From Candidatus Saccharimonadia bacterium (GTDB lineage Bacteria > Patescibacteriota > Saccharimonadia > UBA4664 > SCTI01), in NCBI GenBank assembly GCA_046597065.1, contig JBKJLI010000003.1:290841-354840 (forward strand): 64,000 nucleotides of DNA, written 5' to 3'. Shown here piece by piece: positions 26,702-37,098 of this stretch. The notes beneath the pieces were generated by a model. It did no database searches. It had not been told where the DNA came from and saw only the letters and a list, made by a program, of their open reading frames with translations. Every line of letters starts with the position of its first letter. Positions within the stretch are counted from its first letter, which is position 1. A program made the translations under genes and the position numbers.

Positions 26702-27340
26702 TTAGAACGAGCGTACTTGGTCAAAGGGGAACAGGCGCAACACTACGTTGCCAACAATATCTTTGGTGGGCAAAAAGCCCCATTCGCGAGAGTCACTTGA
26801 GCCATTAGGTGTACGATTATCACCAAGCACAAACACATTGCCATCTGGCACCACTAAGTCAACTGGGTTGTCGCTGCTGTCACCCTGAGTGTAGCTACCA
26901 TTAGTTTGAATATTGGCATCAGGGTTGTAGCCGCCGGGGTTGCTTGAGCTGTAAACCCGCACCTGGCCGTCCTTAATGGTGATCCGATCTCCAGGCAACC
27001 CAACCACACGTTTTACAAAGTCGATGGTGGGGTTTTTGGGATAATGAAACACAATAATTTGCCCATGCTTTGGATAGTAGTTGCCTCCAGTTACCAAAGC
27101 TTGGCTGCTAGAAACTCGCGAAATAATTAGGTAGTCAGAGTTTTGTAATGTTGATGTCATGCTACTGCCCTCAACGTGATAAGCGCTAAAGATATAAAAG
27201 TGCAAAAAGTAGATCAAAGCTGCCGGGATCAGGATCCAGCTAATCAGCCAGTGAGACAGTATTTTGGTGATAACTCCGGGTCCCGAGGGTGGCTTTTGGC
27301 CAGGCTCAGACGTCGTGGTATAGGGTGTTTGTGATTCCAA
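26702..27340 (-). CDS. lepB: Signal peptidase I
   Basis: S26 family with the GSSM catalytic Ser region and the GDNR box. Confidence 0.85.
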   Translation of the reverse strand: MESQTPYTTTSEPGQKPPSGPGVITKILSHWLISWILIPAALIYFLHFYIFSAYHVEGSSMTSTLQNSDYLIISRVSSSQALVTGGNYYPKHGQIIVFHYPKNPTIDFVKRVVGLPGDRITIKDGQVRVYSSSNPGGYNPDANIQTNGSYTQGDSSDNPVDLVVPDGNVFVLGDNRTPNGSSDSREWGFLPTKDIVGNVVLRLFPFDQVRSF

Positions 27341-27431
27341 GATGGCTCTAAATTACCAGTAGCATTATAGGGGTAGACCGCCTAAGCGACAACCTTTACG
27401 GCCGTGCCTACAAGCCGCTATACTGGGGCTA

Positions 27432-28991
27432 ATGGATAACCCAAAACCGGCAGCGCGCCGGCTAGACGGACCGGCGCGAGGCCGTCGTCATGGCCGTAAA
27501 CCTGCACAACCCTTACCAACCTCAAAGCCCAAAGCCGATGCTTTAACTACCATTGAGCAGGTGGATGCCGATGGCAACTTGGTGGGCACTGATGCACCCA
27601 AGGAAGCCTTGGGTATACTGCTAGCTCAACCATTGGCACCAACTAGCGGCTCAAAGCCAACCGCCCTAAAGCCTAAAGCCGGCTGGCGTCGGCACTTTAG
27701 CCGCAAGCGTGTGGTTATAGCGGTAGCCGTGCTTTTGCTTGCTCTGCTTGGGACACTTGGGGTCAAGGCGGTACTAGCTAGCCAACGCATCATTACCAAA
27801 AACTCCGGCGGCGGTGCACCGGTGCTGGCCGGCGCGGTTGACCCTACTAAATTGAAGGGTGAGGGCGATGGCCGAATTAATATTTTGCTGCTCGGGATTG
27901 GTGGATCGGGCCATGATGGCGGTCAGCTGAGCGATACCATGATGGTAGCAAGCATAGATCCGGTTAATAAAACCGTGGCCATGCTCAGTATCCCTCGTGA
28001 TCTCTATGTAAAGGTTCCAGGTTATGGTGCCACCAAAATTAATGCTGCTAACGCATATGGTGGTCCAGATTTAGCCAAGACGGTTGTCGGCCGTATTCTT
28101 GATTTGCCGATACATTACTATGTGCAGCTCGACTTTAGTGGATTCAAGCAAGCCGTGGATAGTGTTGGCGGTGTCGATATCAAGAATACCGAAAAACTGT
28201 ATGATCCAGATTATCCTTGTGACAATGATCGCGGCTACTGCAGCTTTAATTTGCCAGTTGGCCAGTACCATATGGATGGTAAAATGGCCCTAAAGTTTGC
28301 GCGATGTCGCCACGGCTCGTGTGGTAATGATTTTGGTCGCGCCGCCCGCCAGCAGCAGCTATTAATTGCTTTGCGCCAAAAATCGCTACAGGCCTCAACA
28401 CTATCCAATCCTGTTAAGCTGGCCGGTTTAATCGATAGTATCGGTAACCACGTGCGCACCGATATGCAACTTAATGAAACCGAAAAGATGGCCAGTATTA
28501 TCAAAGACCTAGATGCTACCAAGGCCACTTCCAAGGTGCTCGATAATACTGCCGAGGGTTTACTGGTTGACGGAAGCGGCCAGTTCCCTGGCGCCGGCTC
28601 AATTTTGATTCCCAAAGCTGGCCCGTTTGACTACAGCGATATTCAAGAACTGGCCCATAGCATTTTTGCCGATGCCTATTTAAAACAAGAAAATGCCGGC
28701 GTAGCAATTCAGAATGGTACATTACGCGGGGGTCTGGGTGCGGCGGTAGCAAAGCAGCTCAAAGCTTACGGCTATAATATTTCGAGTGTTGGCACAGCCG
28801 ATACCCAAAATCATGCCACAAGCACCATCATCGACTACAGTGGCGGCAAAAAGCCTTATACCGTTAAGTATTTGCAGAACCGTTTTAAGGCTAACGTGCT
28901 GGTAGAAACACGGCCATCCAATTCTTCAGCCACACCTCAGCCAGATATTGTTATAATAGTGGGTAATAATTACAAACCAACCACCCAGTAG
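27432..28991 (+). CDS. LytR-CpsA-Psr (LCP) family cell-envelope protein
   Basis: TM anchor followed by the LCP domain (ILLLGIGGSGHDGGQLSDTMMVASI). The -10 element TATACT lies 10 nt before the ATG, so the mRNA is likely leaderless. Confidence 0.85.
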   Translation: MDNPKPAARRLDGPARGRRHGRKPAQPLPTSKPKADALTTIEQVDADGNLVGTDAPKEALGILLAQPLAPTSGSKPTALKPKAGWRRHFSRKRVVIAVAVLLLALLGTLGVKAVLASQRIITKNSGGGAPVLAGAVDPTKLKGEGDGRINILLLGIGGSGHDGGQLSDTMMVASIDPVNKTVAMLSIPRDLYVKVPGYGATKINAANAYGGPDLAKTVVGRILDLPIHYYVQLDFSGFKQAVDSVGGVDIKNTEKLYDPDYPCDNDRGYCSFNLPVGQYHMDGKMALKFARCRHGSCGNDFGRAARQQQLLIALRQKSLQASTLSNPVKLAGLIDSIGNHVRTDMQLNETEKMASIIKDLDATKATSKVLDNTAEGLLVDGSGQFPGAGSILIPKAGPFDYSDIQELAHSIFADAYLKQENAGVAIQNGTLRGGLGAAVAKQLKAYGYNISSVGTADTQNHATSTIIDYSGGKKPYTVKYLQNRFKANVLVETRPSNSSATPQPDIVIIVGNNYKPTTQ

Positions 28992-28995
28992 GTAA

Positions 28996-29757
28996 ATGAA
29001 TCCACAGCTTTTAATTTTTGCCTTTGTCCAGATTGCGCTCGCCAGCGCGGTGCTATTTTTGGGGCACTATGGTTACGGGTGGATTGCCGCCGTGCTTACG
29101 CTGCTGCCAATTGTGGCCTGGTGGCTTAATGGAGGCAGAGGTGCGGCCGGTTTGCGCGAGCAAATACCCAGTGCCATCATCGGCCTATCGGTGGCCGGAC
29201 TAATCAGCTTAAATCAACCACCAGTTGGATCGCCGGTTCTGCCACCAGCTGCTCAAGTTGGGCTGGCGATATTATACGCTGCATGGTTAATGTTGATGCC
29301 TCGTTATGGTGACAAGCAGAGCTGGCAGCTTGGCTTGGCCGCTGTTGCTCAGTTTTTGGGGGTAGCCACCGTTTTTCTGGCCACCGCATTTTGGCACTGG
29401 CCCGAAATTGTGGTTGTGGCTGCAACATGGGCGATTAGCTTTGGATTGGCCTGGTGGTTCTTAGAGCTTAAAGGAGAACGCTCCAGCCAGATCTTAGCTG
29501 CAACCTGGGGATTAATAACGGCTGAAATTAGTTGGGTACTTTTTAACTGGCAGGTTAACTACACTCTGTTCGGTGGATATATTATTATTCCACAAGCCGC
29601 CATTATCATGGCCGGCCTAGGTTACTGTATTGGCAGCATTTACGTTATCCACGCAAGTAAACGCCTGAGTCGCCGTCGGCTAATCGAGTATGTCACCATC
29701 GCCGGAGTGTTACTTGCAATCGTTATTGCCGGAACCCGCTGGAACGGCATCGTTTAA
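28996..29757 (+). CDS. Polytopic membrane protein, hypothetical
   Basis: 253 aa, Trp-rich and multi-TM. Confidence 0.5.
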   Translation: MNPQLLIFAFVQIALASAVLFLGHYGYGWIAAVLTLLPIVAWWLNGGRGAAGLREQIPSAIIGLSVAGLISLNQPPVGSPVLPPAAQVGLAILYAAWLMLMPRYGDKQSWQLGLAAVAQFLGVATVFLATAFWHWPEIVVVAATWAISFGLAWWFLELKGERSSQILAATWGLITAEISWVLFNWQVNYTLFGGYIIIPQAAIIMAGLGYCIGSIYVIHASKRLSRRRLIEYVTIAGVLLAIVIAGTRWNGIV

Positions 29758-29776
29758 TTAATAAGTAGAGGTAACT

Positions 29777-30898
29777 ATGTCAGAAACCACCACAACTAAA
29801 CTCGATCAACGCACATTAATTACCATCGCTTTAATCGGTTTATTTATGGGTTTTCTGGGCGGATTTTTATATATTCGATTTGCCCCTAGTTTGATTCCAA
29901 CCTCTAAGCAGTCGATTTTACTGCAACAAACTTCGGCTACTATCGATGTTGCCAAAAAGGTTTCGCCCAGTGTGGTATCGATCACTTCGCAGTCAACCGG
30001 TTTCAGCTTTTTTGGCACCTCACAGACAAGCCAAGGGGCAGGTACCGGCATCATTGTCGAGAGCGACGGTCTAATACTAACCAACAGCCATGTAGTACCC
30101 TCTACCGCTTCTACGTTTAGTGTCTTTACGTCTGATGGAAAAGAGTACAAGAATGCCAAGGTAATTGCTCGCGACGCCTCGAACGATATTGCGTTCTTGC
30201 GTATTGATGCCAAAGGGTTAAAGGCTGCCGAGTTAGGAGATTCGTCGGGCGTGCCAGTTGGTAGCGCAGTACTGGCAATTGGCAACGCTTTAGGACAGTA
30301 CCAGAACACGGTTACTCAGGGGATTATTTCGGGTATTGGTCGCCCAGTATCGGCCGGCGATCAGCAGGGGCAAGACGTTGAGCAATTGCAAAATCTGTTC
30401 CAAACCGACGCTGCCATTAACCCCGGTAACTCTGGCGGTCCGCTTGTAGATCTTACCGGCAAGGTTATTGGCATCAACACTGCCGTAGCCGGTAACGCCC
30501 AAAACATTGGCTTTGCCATTCCGATTAACCAGGCCAAGAACGAACTTGCGACGGTTAAGACTCAGGGTAAGATCATTAAGCCATACTTGGGAGTTCGGTA
30601 TATTCCCGTCACCAAAGAGTTCGCTAGTAGCAACAATCTAGCAGTGACTAAAGGCGCCTATATTAGTGGCAATCAGGGCGCACCGGGAATTGTAGCGGGT
30701 AGTCCGGCCGATCGCGCTGGTTTAAAAGAGGGCGACATCATCACCAAAATTGGCAACAAAGAGATTAATGAAACATCAAGTTTAAGCTCAATTATCGGCG
30801 AGTACAAAGTAGGGGATAAGGTTAAACTGACGTTAGTGCGCGATGGAAAGGAACAAACGACCGAGATTGAGCTAGCCGAGGCGCCGGCACAACAGTAG
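29777..30898 (+). CDS. htrA: HtrA/DegP-family serine protease with PDZ domain
   Basis: Catalytic triad context (TNSHVV, D, GNSGGPL) plus a PDZ domain. Confidence 0.9.
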   Translation: MSETTTTKLDQRTLITIALIGLFMGFLGGFLYIRFAPSLIPTSKQSILLQQTSATIDVAKKVSPSVVSITSQSTGFSFFGTSQTSQGAGTGIIVESDGLILTNSHVVPSTASTFSVFTSDGKEYKNAKVIARDASNDIAFLRIDAKGLKAAELGDSSGVPVGSAVLAIGNALGQYQNTVTQGIISGIGRPVSAGDQQGQDVEQLQNLFQTDAAINPGNSGGPLVDLTGKVIGINTAVAGNAQNIGFAIPINQAKNELATVKTQGKIIKPYLGVRYIPVTKEFASSNNLAVTKGAYISGNQGAPGIVAGSPADRAGLKEGDIITKIGNKEINETSSLSSIIGEYKVGDKVKLTLVRDGKEQTTEIELAEAPAQQ

Positions 30899-31705
30899 TT
30901 AGGCTGAGTGACGAAACTCTAAAATGAAATAATCGCTGCGTTTTAGCACCAGTCCATACTTAGAAGCTTCTACGATCAGGCCGTCGTGCTGCCAGGGATC
31001 ACACTCGGTTAAAAGCAGCCCGCCGTCTGATAAATGCTTTGGTAGCTGTGTCAGAAACTGACGATATAAATTCAGTCCATCCGGTCCGCCAAACAAGGCT
31101 ACGGCGGGCTCTTTTTTAACTTCGGGCATGAGCTCAGCATCGTCGTTTAGGTAGGGTAGATTGGTCACGATAGTCTCAAATTTACCACCGATCGACTTCC
31201 ATAAATCCGATTCCACAAACTCAATTTCAACGTTATGAGTTTTGGCGTTGCGCTTGGCCACGGCTAAGGCCTCGACCGATACATCGGTCGCGGTAACATT
31301 CAAATCTGGCCGGTGTTTCGCGATCGCCACAGCCAATGCACCGCTACCGGTGCCAATATCGATCAAACGTGAGCCCTGGGGTGCATCCGCCACTGCCCAC
31401 TCAACCATTTTTTCGGTTTCGACGCGCGGTGTCAGCACGTGTTTATCGATGTAAAAATCTAACCCATAAAACTCGCGTTTATTGGTTAAATGAACCAGAG
31501 GGGTATGGTCTCGACGTTCTTTTATTAGATCAAAATATTTGCTGGCCATACCTAGGCTTAATTCATACTCTGGATGGGCCATCAGCCATGATTTAGGCTT
31601 ACCGCTAACGTGTTCTAGTAAAAGGGTAGAATCGATACCGCTAGATGTAATTTTTGACGAAAGCAGCATCGACTTTGCGAGTCTAAGAGCTTCTTCAACT
31701 TTCAT
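30899..31705 (-). CDS. prmC: Release factor glutamine methyltransferase PrmC/HemK
   Basis: DIGTGSGALA SAM-binding motif and the NLPY motif. Confidence 0.85.
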   Translation of the reverse strand: MKVEEALRLAKSMLLSSKITSSGIDSTLLLEHVSGKPKSWLMAHPEYELSLGMASKYFDLIKERRDHTPLVHLTNKREFYGLDFYIDKHVLTPRVETEKMVEWAVADAPQGSRLIDIGTGSGALAVAIAKHRPDLNVTATDVSVEALAVAKRNAKTHNVEIEFVESDLWKSIGGKFETIVTNLPYLNDDAELMPEVKKEPAVALFGGPDGLNLYRQFLTQLPKHLSDGGLLLTECDPWQHDGLIVEASKYGLVLKRSDYFILEFRHSA

Positions 31706-31722
31706 ATCCGTAAATTCACTAG

Positions 31723-32784
<1,062 letters not shown>

Positions 32785-32833
32785 AACAAAACGACGCCCC
32801 TAATCTGGTGCATCGCTTGGTTAGTCTCTGTAT

Positions 32834-33223
32834 TTAAGAGTCGCTAGAATCAGTATCAGTAGCCGTTTTGGTTGCAGTTTCAGCTTTGTCGGGCAGATCA
32901 ACGGTTTCGGCTTTAATCTCTTTGGCAATTTCTTTTAACTCTGGATCACCCTTTTGAGCCTCCTTTGCCTCATCGGCATCGGCTTTAGCCACTTTTTTGG
33001 CACCAGCGGCCTTGGCGGCAGCAGCAGCCTTGCGGCGAGCCTCAAACTTCTCAACACGACCGGCCGTATCTACCAGCTTTTGCTTGCCGGTGTAGAAGGG
33101 GTGACAGTTAGAGCATATTTCGACGGTGATCGATGGAACGGTTGAGCGCGTCACAAAATCGATGCCACAGCCGTTGCAGTGCACCTTAGTTTCCATAATT
33201 TCGGGATGAATTTGGGCTTTCAT
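32834..33223 (-). CDS. rpmE: 50S ribosomal protein L31 (zinc-ribbon type) with a Lys/Ala-rich C-terminal extension
   Basis: [20 protein letters not shown]...[11 protein letters not shown] followed by a ~60 aa [13 protein letters not shown]... tail. Start is trimmed to the conserved MKAQ. Confidence 0.8.
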   Translation of the reverse strand: MKAQIHPEIMETKVHCNGCGIDFVTRSTVPSITVEICSNCHPFYTGKQKLVDTAGRVEKFEARRKAAAAAKAAGAKKVAKADADEAKEAQKGDPELKEIAKEIKAETVDLPDKAETATKTATDTDSSDS

Positions 33224-33319
33224 AACCACACGATTGTATCTGAAAAGGCCCAACGGGTCAACCCTCGAAGCGCTTACATTGATCATTAAACACACAGATG
33301 CCCCCAAGGGAACATCTGT

Positions 33320-33835
33320 TCACCCTGAGGGCTTGGGTTTATAGCCGGTACAAATTTGACGATTAGCCACCCGTTGACCTGATTCGGTTGCATGCTGAAG
33401 GCGAACGTGCCCAAGGGCCGGCATATTCGCTGAGCAAAAGCGGTCACTGAAGCAGACAAGAGTTGTAAATATTCGAGTTGGGATAGTTGGTTCAAAGCGA
33501 CGGTTGTCCCAACGCACCATTACCTCGTTGGCCATTACCTTCGACCATTCCTCGAACAGTTCCGGATCGATGCAACATTTATGAGCTGTGATGGCAATGG
33601 CAACAAGATAGCGGTTACCGCCGTCTGCCAAGCATTCAATTGGGCTTTTGCCAAGGTACTCACACTCGCTTAGAAACCACTTAACGGCCTCGCCAATTGA
33701 GGTTTCAAAAGTTGTCATGATTTTCATCATGTCGACTAGATCAGCGGGTCTACAGATGACATCTACGGCGTCGAAGCCATAAGTAACCAGCCTTGCCATT
33801 TCTTTATCGTAACTGCCGTCTGCGTACACATTCAC
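33320..33835 (-). CDS. Hypothetical protein (171 aa), paralog of the 33836 ORF. Shares a W-x5-L-x3-P-(L/I)-x-CLADG motif reminiscent of the MbcA/ParS (DUF2384) antitoxin domain.
   Basis: Motif KWFLSECEYLGKSPIECLADGG. Its start abuts the stop of the upstream paralog. Confidence 0.45.
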   Translation of the reverse strand: MNVYADGSYDKEMARLVTYGFDAVDVICRPADLVDMMKIMTTFETSIGEAVKWFLSECEYLGKSPIECLADGGNRYLVAIAITAHKCCIDPELFEEWSKVMANEVMVRWDNRRFEPTIPTRIFTTLVCFSDRFCSANMPALGHVRLQHATESGQRVANRQICTGYKPKPSG

Positions 33836-34249
33836 CTACTTTCGACGTGCTCGGCGTTGTCGGCGCTCAAACTCGCTTGATGGGAAGGGGATCACAGTGC
33901 CAGTCGGTTGGCGCGATGCCCGAATGGCTTTAATCGCCTTGCCGCCGATTTCAGTTTGGCTTGCAATGAGCTTCTTAAATGCAGATGCCGGCTCTGCTTC
34001 ACAGTAAGCATCGGCTGCCATCATCACCTCTTCGAACATGCCATCAGCCAAGCAGCCGAGCGGTATATCTTCGAGGTGATTCGAGAAGCTGCGAAACCAA
34101 GACACAATCATTGCATCATCTAGCCCGTAGTCGGACATGAACTTGGCTACACGTGCAAATTCCGATGGTTTACAAGTAATTTCATCATCGCGGAATCCTA
34201 AGACGTTCAACCAAAGAACGGCAAGATCCTCTTCTTCGTACGTACTCAT
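33836..34249 (-). CDS. Hypothetical protein (137 aa), first gene of the tandem paralog pair, with a DUF2384-like motif
   Basis: Motif SWFRSFSNHLEDIPLGCLADGMFEEV. Confidence 0.45.
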   Translation of the reverse strand: MSTYEEEDLAVLWLNVLGFRDDEITCKPSEFARVAKFMSDYGLDDAMIVSWFRSFSNHLEDIPLGCLADGMFEEVMMAADAYCEAEPASAFKKLIASQTEIGGKAIKAIRASRQPTGTVIPFPSSEFERRQRRARRK

Positions 34250-34424
34250 TTTGTCAAACTCCCTGAACTCGATGGTTCAAATCTGGTGTGACTTTAACAC
34301 AGTCTAACCCTTGCGCCAACAGGTTAAATTTGATACATTGGCTTGGTCCGAACTAATTAATGAAGCAGCTCGTTACTAAAATCCTCCGTATTCAACGGCC
34401 GGCGAGCGAAGCACAAGGAGTCAT

Positions 34425-35177
34425 ATGGCAGAGACAAACGTAAAAGAACTATTAGAAGCTGGTGCCCATTTCGGCCACCAAACTCACCGCTGGAACCCCC
34501 GTATGGGCCAGTATATTTTTGGTGTTCGTGGCGGCGTCCACATCATCGACTTAACTAAGACGGCCGAGCTACTAGACGAGGCGTTGAGCTTTGTTGAAAC
34601 TACTGCTGAAAACGGTGGCAAGGTGCTGTTAGTTGGCACAAAGCGACAGGCTCGCCAAATTATTCGTGAAGAGGCCGAGGCTGCTCACCAGCCTTTTGTT
34701 ACCGAGCGATGGTTGGGGGGAATGTTAACCAACTTTCGCACTATCCAAACGCGAATAAAGCGACTTAAATCTATTGATGCAGGCTTAGAGTCGGGTGAAT
34801 ATACCAGCAAATACAACAAAAAAGAGGTACTGGATCTAACCAATGAGGGCATTGCCTTGCAGCGCATTTTTGGAGGCATTAAGGATATGGGTGAGTTGCC
34901 AAAGGCCATTTTTGTTGTTGACATGGTTCGAGACTCGATTGCAATCGCCGAGGCACGTAACTTAAATATTCCCGTTATCGCCATTGTTGATACCAATGCC
35001 AACCCAGAGTTAGCAGATTACCCGGTGCCAGCCAATGATGACGCTATAAAGTCGCTACGGATGATAACCCACGCCGTGGCTGATGCCGCCAACCGCGGTG
35101 CTCAGGCGCATGCCAAAAAAGCCGCCGATCAGCCAACTGAAGCCATTGCCGACAGCGACCAGCCAAAAGCTAAGTAG
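34425..35177 (+). CDS. rpsB: 30S ribosomal protein S2
   Basis: AGAHFGHQTHRWNPRM. SD sequence aaggag lies 6 nt upstream. Confidence 0.95.
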   Translation: MAETNVKELLEAGAHFGHQTHRWNPRMGQYIFGVRGGVHIIDLTKTAELLDEALSFVETTAENGGKVLLVGTKRQARQIIREEAEAAHQPFVTERWLGGMLTNFRTIQTRIKRLKSIDAGLESGEYTSKYNKKEVLDLTNEGIALQRIFGGIKDMGELPKAIFVVDMVRDSIAIAEARNLNIPVIAIVDTNANPELADYPVPANDDAIKSLRMITHAVADAANRGAQAHAKKAADQPTEAIADSDQPKAK

Positions 35178-35188
35178 AGGAGACAAAA

Positions 35189-35779
35189 GTGAGCGTATCA
35201 ATCGAAGCAATTAAAAAACTCCGAGCCAGTACCGGTGCCGGCATGATGGACGCTAAAGCTGCCTTGGTTGAAGCCAACGGCGATGTTGAAAAAGCCTCTG
35301 ATATTTTGCGAAAGAAAGGGGCCGCCAGCGCCGCTAAGCGTTCCGACCGTGAAACCAAAGCCGGTGTTATTGATAGCTATGTTCATAGTGGCAAGATAGG
35401 TGTAGTGGTTGAGGTAAACTGTGAGACAGATTTTGTTGCCCGAACCGATGACTTTAAAGCTTTTGCCCACGACATCGCCCTGCACATTGCGGCTGCCGAC
35501 CCGGAATACTTAAGCCCCGAAAATATTCCAGAAAAGATAGTGGCAAAGGAGCGCGAATTTTACATGGGCGAAGTAGAGGGAAAGCCAGCCGATATCGTTG
35601 CCAAAATTGTCGAGGGCAAGTTGGCAAAATTCTATGAAACCGTTTGCTTAACCAAGCAGCCATTTATTAAAGATCCCGAGCAGTCAATCGAACAATTAAG
35701 CACCGCGATAAGCGCCAAAACCGGTGAAAAGATTGTTATTCGCCAGTTCAGTCGGATTGAACTTGGAGGACAACTTTAG
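35189..35779 (+). CDS. tsf: Elongation factor Ts
   Basis: LRASTGAGMMDAKAAL UBA-like N-terminus. GTG start with a strong SD. Confidence 0.9.
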   Translation: MSVSIEAIKKLRASTGAGMMDAKAALVEANGDVEKASDILRKKGAASAAKRSDRETKAGVIDSYVHSGKIGVVVEVNCETDFVARTDDFKAFAHDIALHIAAADPEYLSPENIPEKIVAKEREFYMGEVEGKPADIVAKIVEGKLAKFYETVCLTKQPFIKDPEQSIEQLSTAISAKTGEKIVIRQFSRIELGGQL

Positions 35780-35781
35780 CC

Positions 35782-36342
35782 ATGGTTACGGGTATTGTTA
35801 AAACCGCCGACCCCCGCATGGTTAAAGCCATTGAGCATTTTGAGGCCGACTTGCAAAGTTTGCGAACCGGTCGAGCCCAAACCAGCTTGGTTGAAAACCT
35901 CACGGTTGAACAGTTCGGCAGTCAGCAGCCGCTTAAGGCGGTGGCGAGCATTAACACGCCGGATGCTCAAACTATTGCGATTAGCCCGTGGGATAAAACC
36001 TTGGTAGCACCAATCGAAAAAATGATCCGTGAACAGCAGTCGCTAGGCTTAAATCCCTCAAGTGACGGTAACATCATCCGTCTAAACGTTCCCCAGATGA
36101 CCGAAGAACGCCGCCGCGATATTGTAAAAGATCTTGGGTCCAAAAGCGAACAGTGTAATATTGCTCTTCGAAACATTCGCCACGACATATTGGGCGAGGT
36201 GAAGCGGCTAGAAAAGGATGGCCAGGCCACTAAAGACGACGTCCATTTTGCCGAACAGGAGCTAAATAAAAAGATTGATCACTATAAGCAAAAACTCGAA
36301 GCGCTAGCCAAGGCCAAAGAGGTTGAGGTGATGACGGTTTAG
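35782..36342 (+). CDS. frr: Ribosome recycling factor
   Basis: 186 aa RRF family. Confidence 0.9.
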   Translation: MVTGIVKTADPRMVKAIEHFEADLQSLRTGRAQTSLVENLTVEQFGSQQPLKAVASINTPDAQTIAISPWDKTLVAPIEKMIREQQSLGLNPSSDGNIIRLNVPQMTEERRRDIVKDLGSKSEQCNIALRNIRHDILGEVKRLEKDGQATKDDVHFAEQELNKKIDHYKQKLEALAKAKEVEVMTV

Positions 36343-36381
36343 CCCTTGGGGCCATCGCCAACCTCGCCTATAATGACTGTC

Positions 36382-37077
36382 ATGACTGCCGACCAGCCGA
36401 ACCTACTGCCCAAACATATCGCGATTATCCCCGACGGTAACCGCCGTTGGGCCAAAGCTCGCGGGCTGACTACCAAAGAGGGCCATCAAGCTGGTTACGA
36501 GAACTTTAAAACTATCGGCCGAGCCGCTTTTGACCGGGGGGTTGAAGTCGTAACCTACTTTGCATTTTCAACTGAAAACTGGAATCGAACTAAGGACGAA
36601 GTTGGCTACTTAATGAAGTTGGCCACCTGGGTGATGGAAGAGGAAGCCGAAGAGTATAACAACCAGGGCATACGCTTAAAAATTGCCGGCTCTGCCGATG
36701 GGCTCGATCTTAAACTGGCTAAAAGCTTGCGCGCGGTAGAAGAGCTAACCAAAGACAACACTAAAGGTACTATCTGCCTGTGTTTCAATTATGGTGGTCG
36801 TGGCGATATTGTGCAGGCGGTGAATCGAGCCATTGCGGCTGGGGAAAATGAAATTACCGAGGATAGTTTAGCTACTAATTTAACGACGGCTGATTTGCCC
36901 GATCCAGAATTAGTTATTCGTACTTCTGGTGAGCAGCGTTTAAGCAATTTTATGTTATGGGAAACCGCTTACAGTGAGCTATATTTTAGCCCCAAGCTGT
37001 GGCCGGCCTTCGAGGAATCAGACCTCGATACCGCTCTAGAAGACTTCGCCCACCGACAACGCAACTTTGGCGCCTGA
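36382..37077 (+). CDS. uppS: Undecaprenyl pyrophosphate synthase
   Basis: HIAIIPDGNRRWAK. An internal -10 element TATAAT (36369-36374) lies 7 nt before the ATG, so the start is likely leaderless. The track ORF starts at 36346. Confidence 0.85.
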   Translation: MTADQPNLLPKHIAIIPDGNRRWAKARGLTTKEGHQAGYENFKTIGRAAFDRGVEVVTYFAFSTENWNRTKDEVGYLMKLATWVMEEEAEEYNNQGIRLKIAGSADGLDLKLAKSLRAVEELTKDNTKGTICLCFNYGGRGDIVQAVNRAIAAGENEITEDSLATNLTTADLPDPELVIRTSGEQRLSNFMLWETAYSELYFSPKLWPAFEESDLDTALEDFAHRQRNFGA

Positions 37078-37098
37078 TATTCGTAGTAATATATAGTC

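Noticed and set aside
34255-34285. tRNA-like T-loop string GGTTCAAATC in the rpsB upstream region
   Set aside because: Flanking bases cannot form a T-stem, acceptor stem or anticodon arm. No tRNA gene is supported anywhere in the window.
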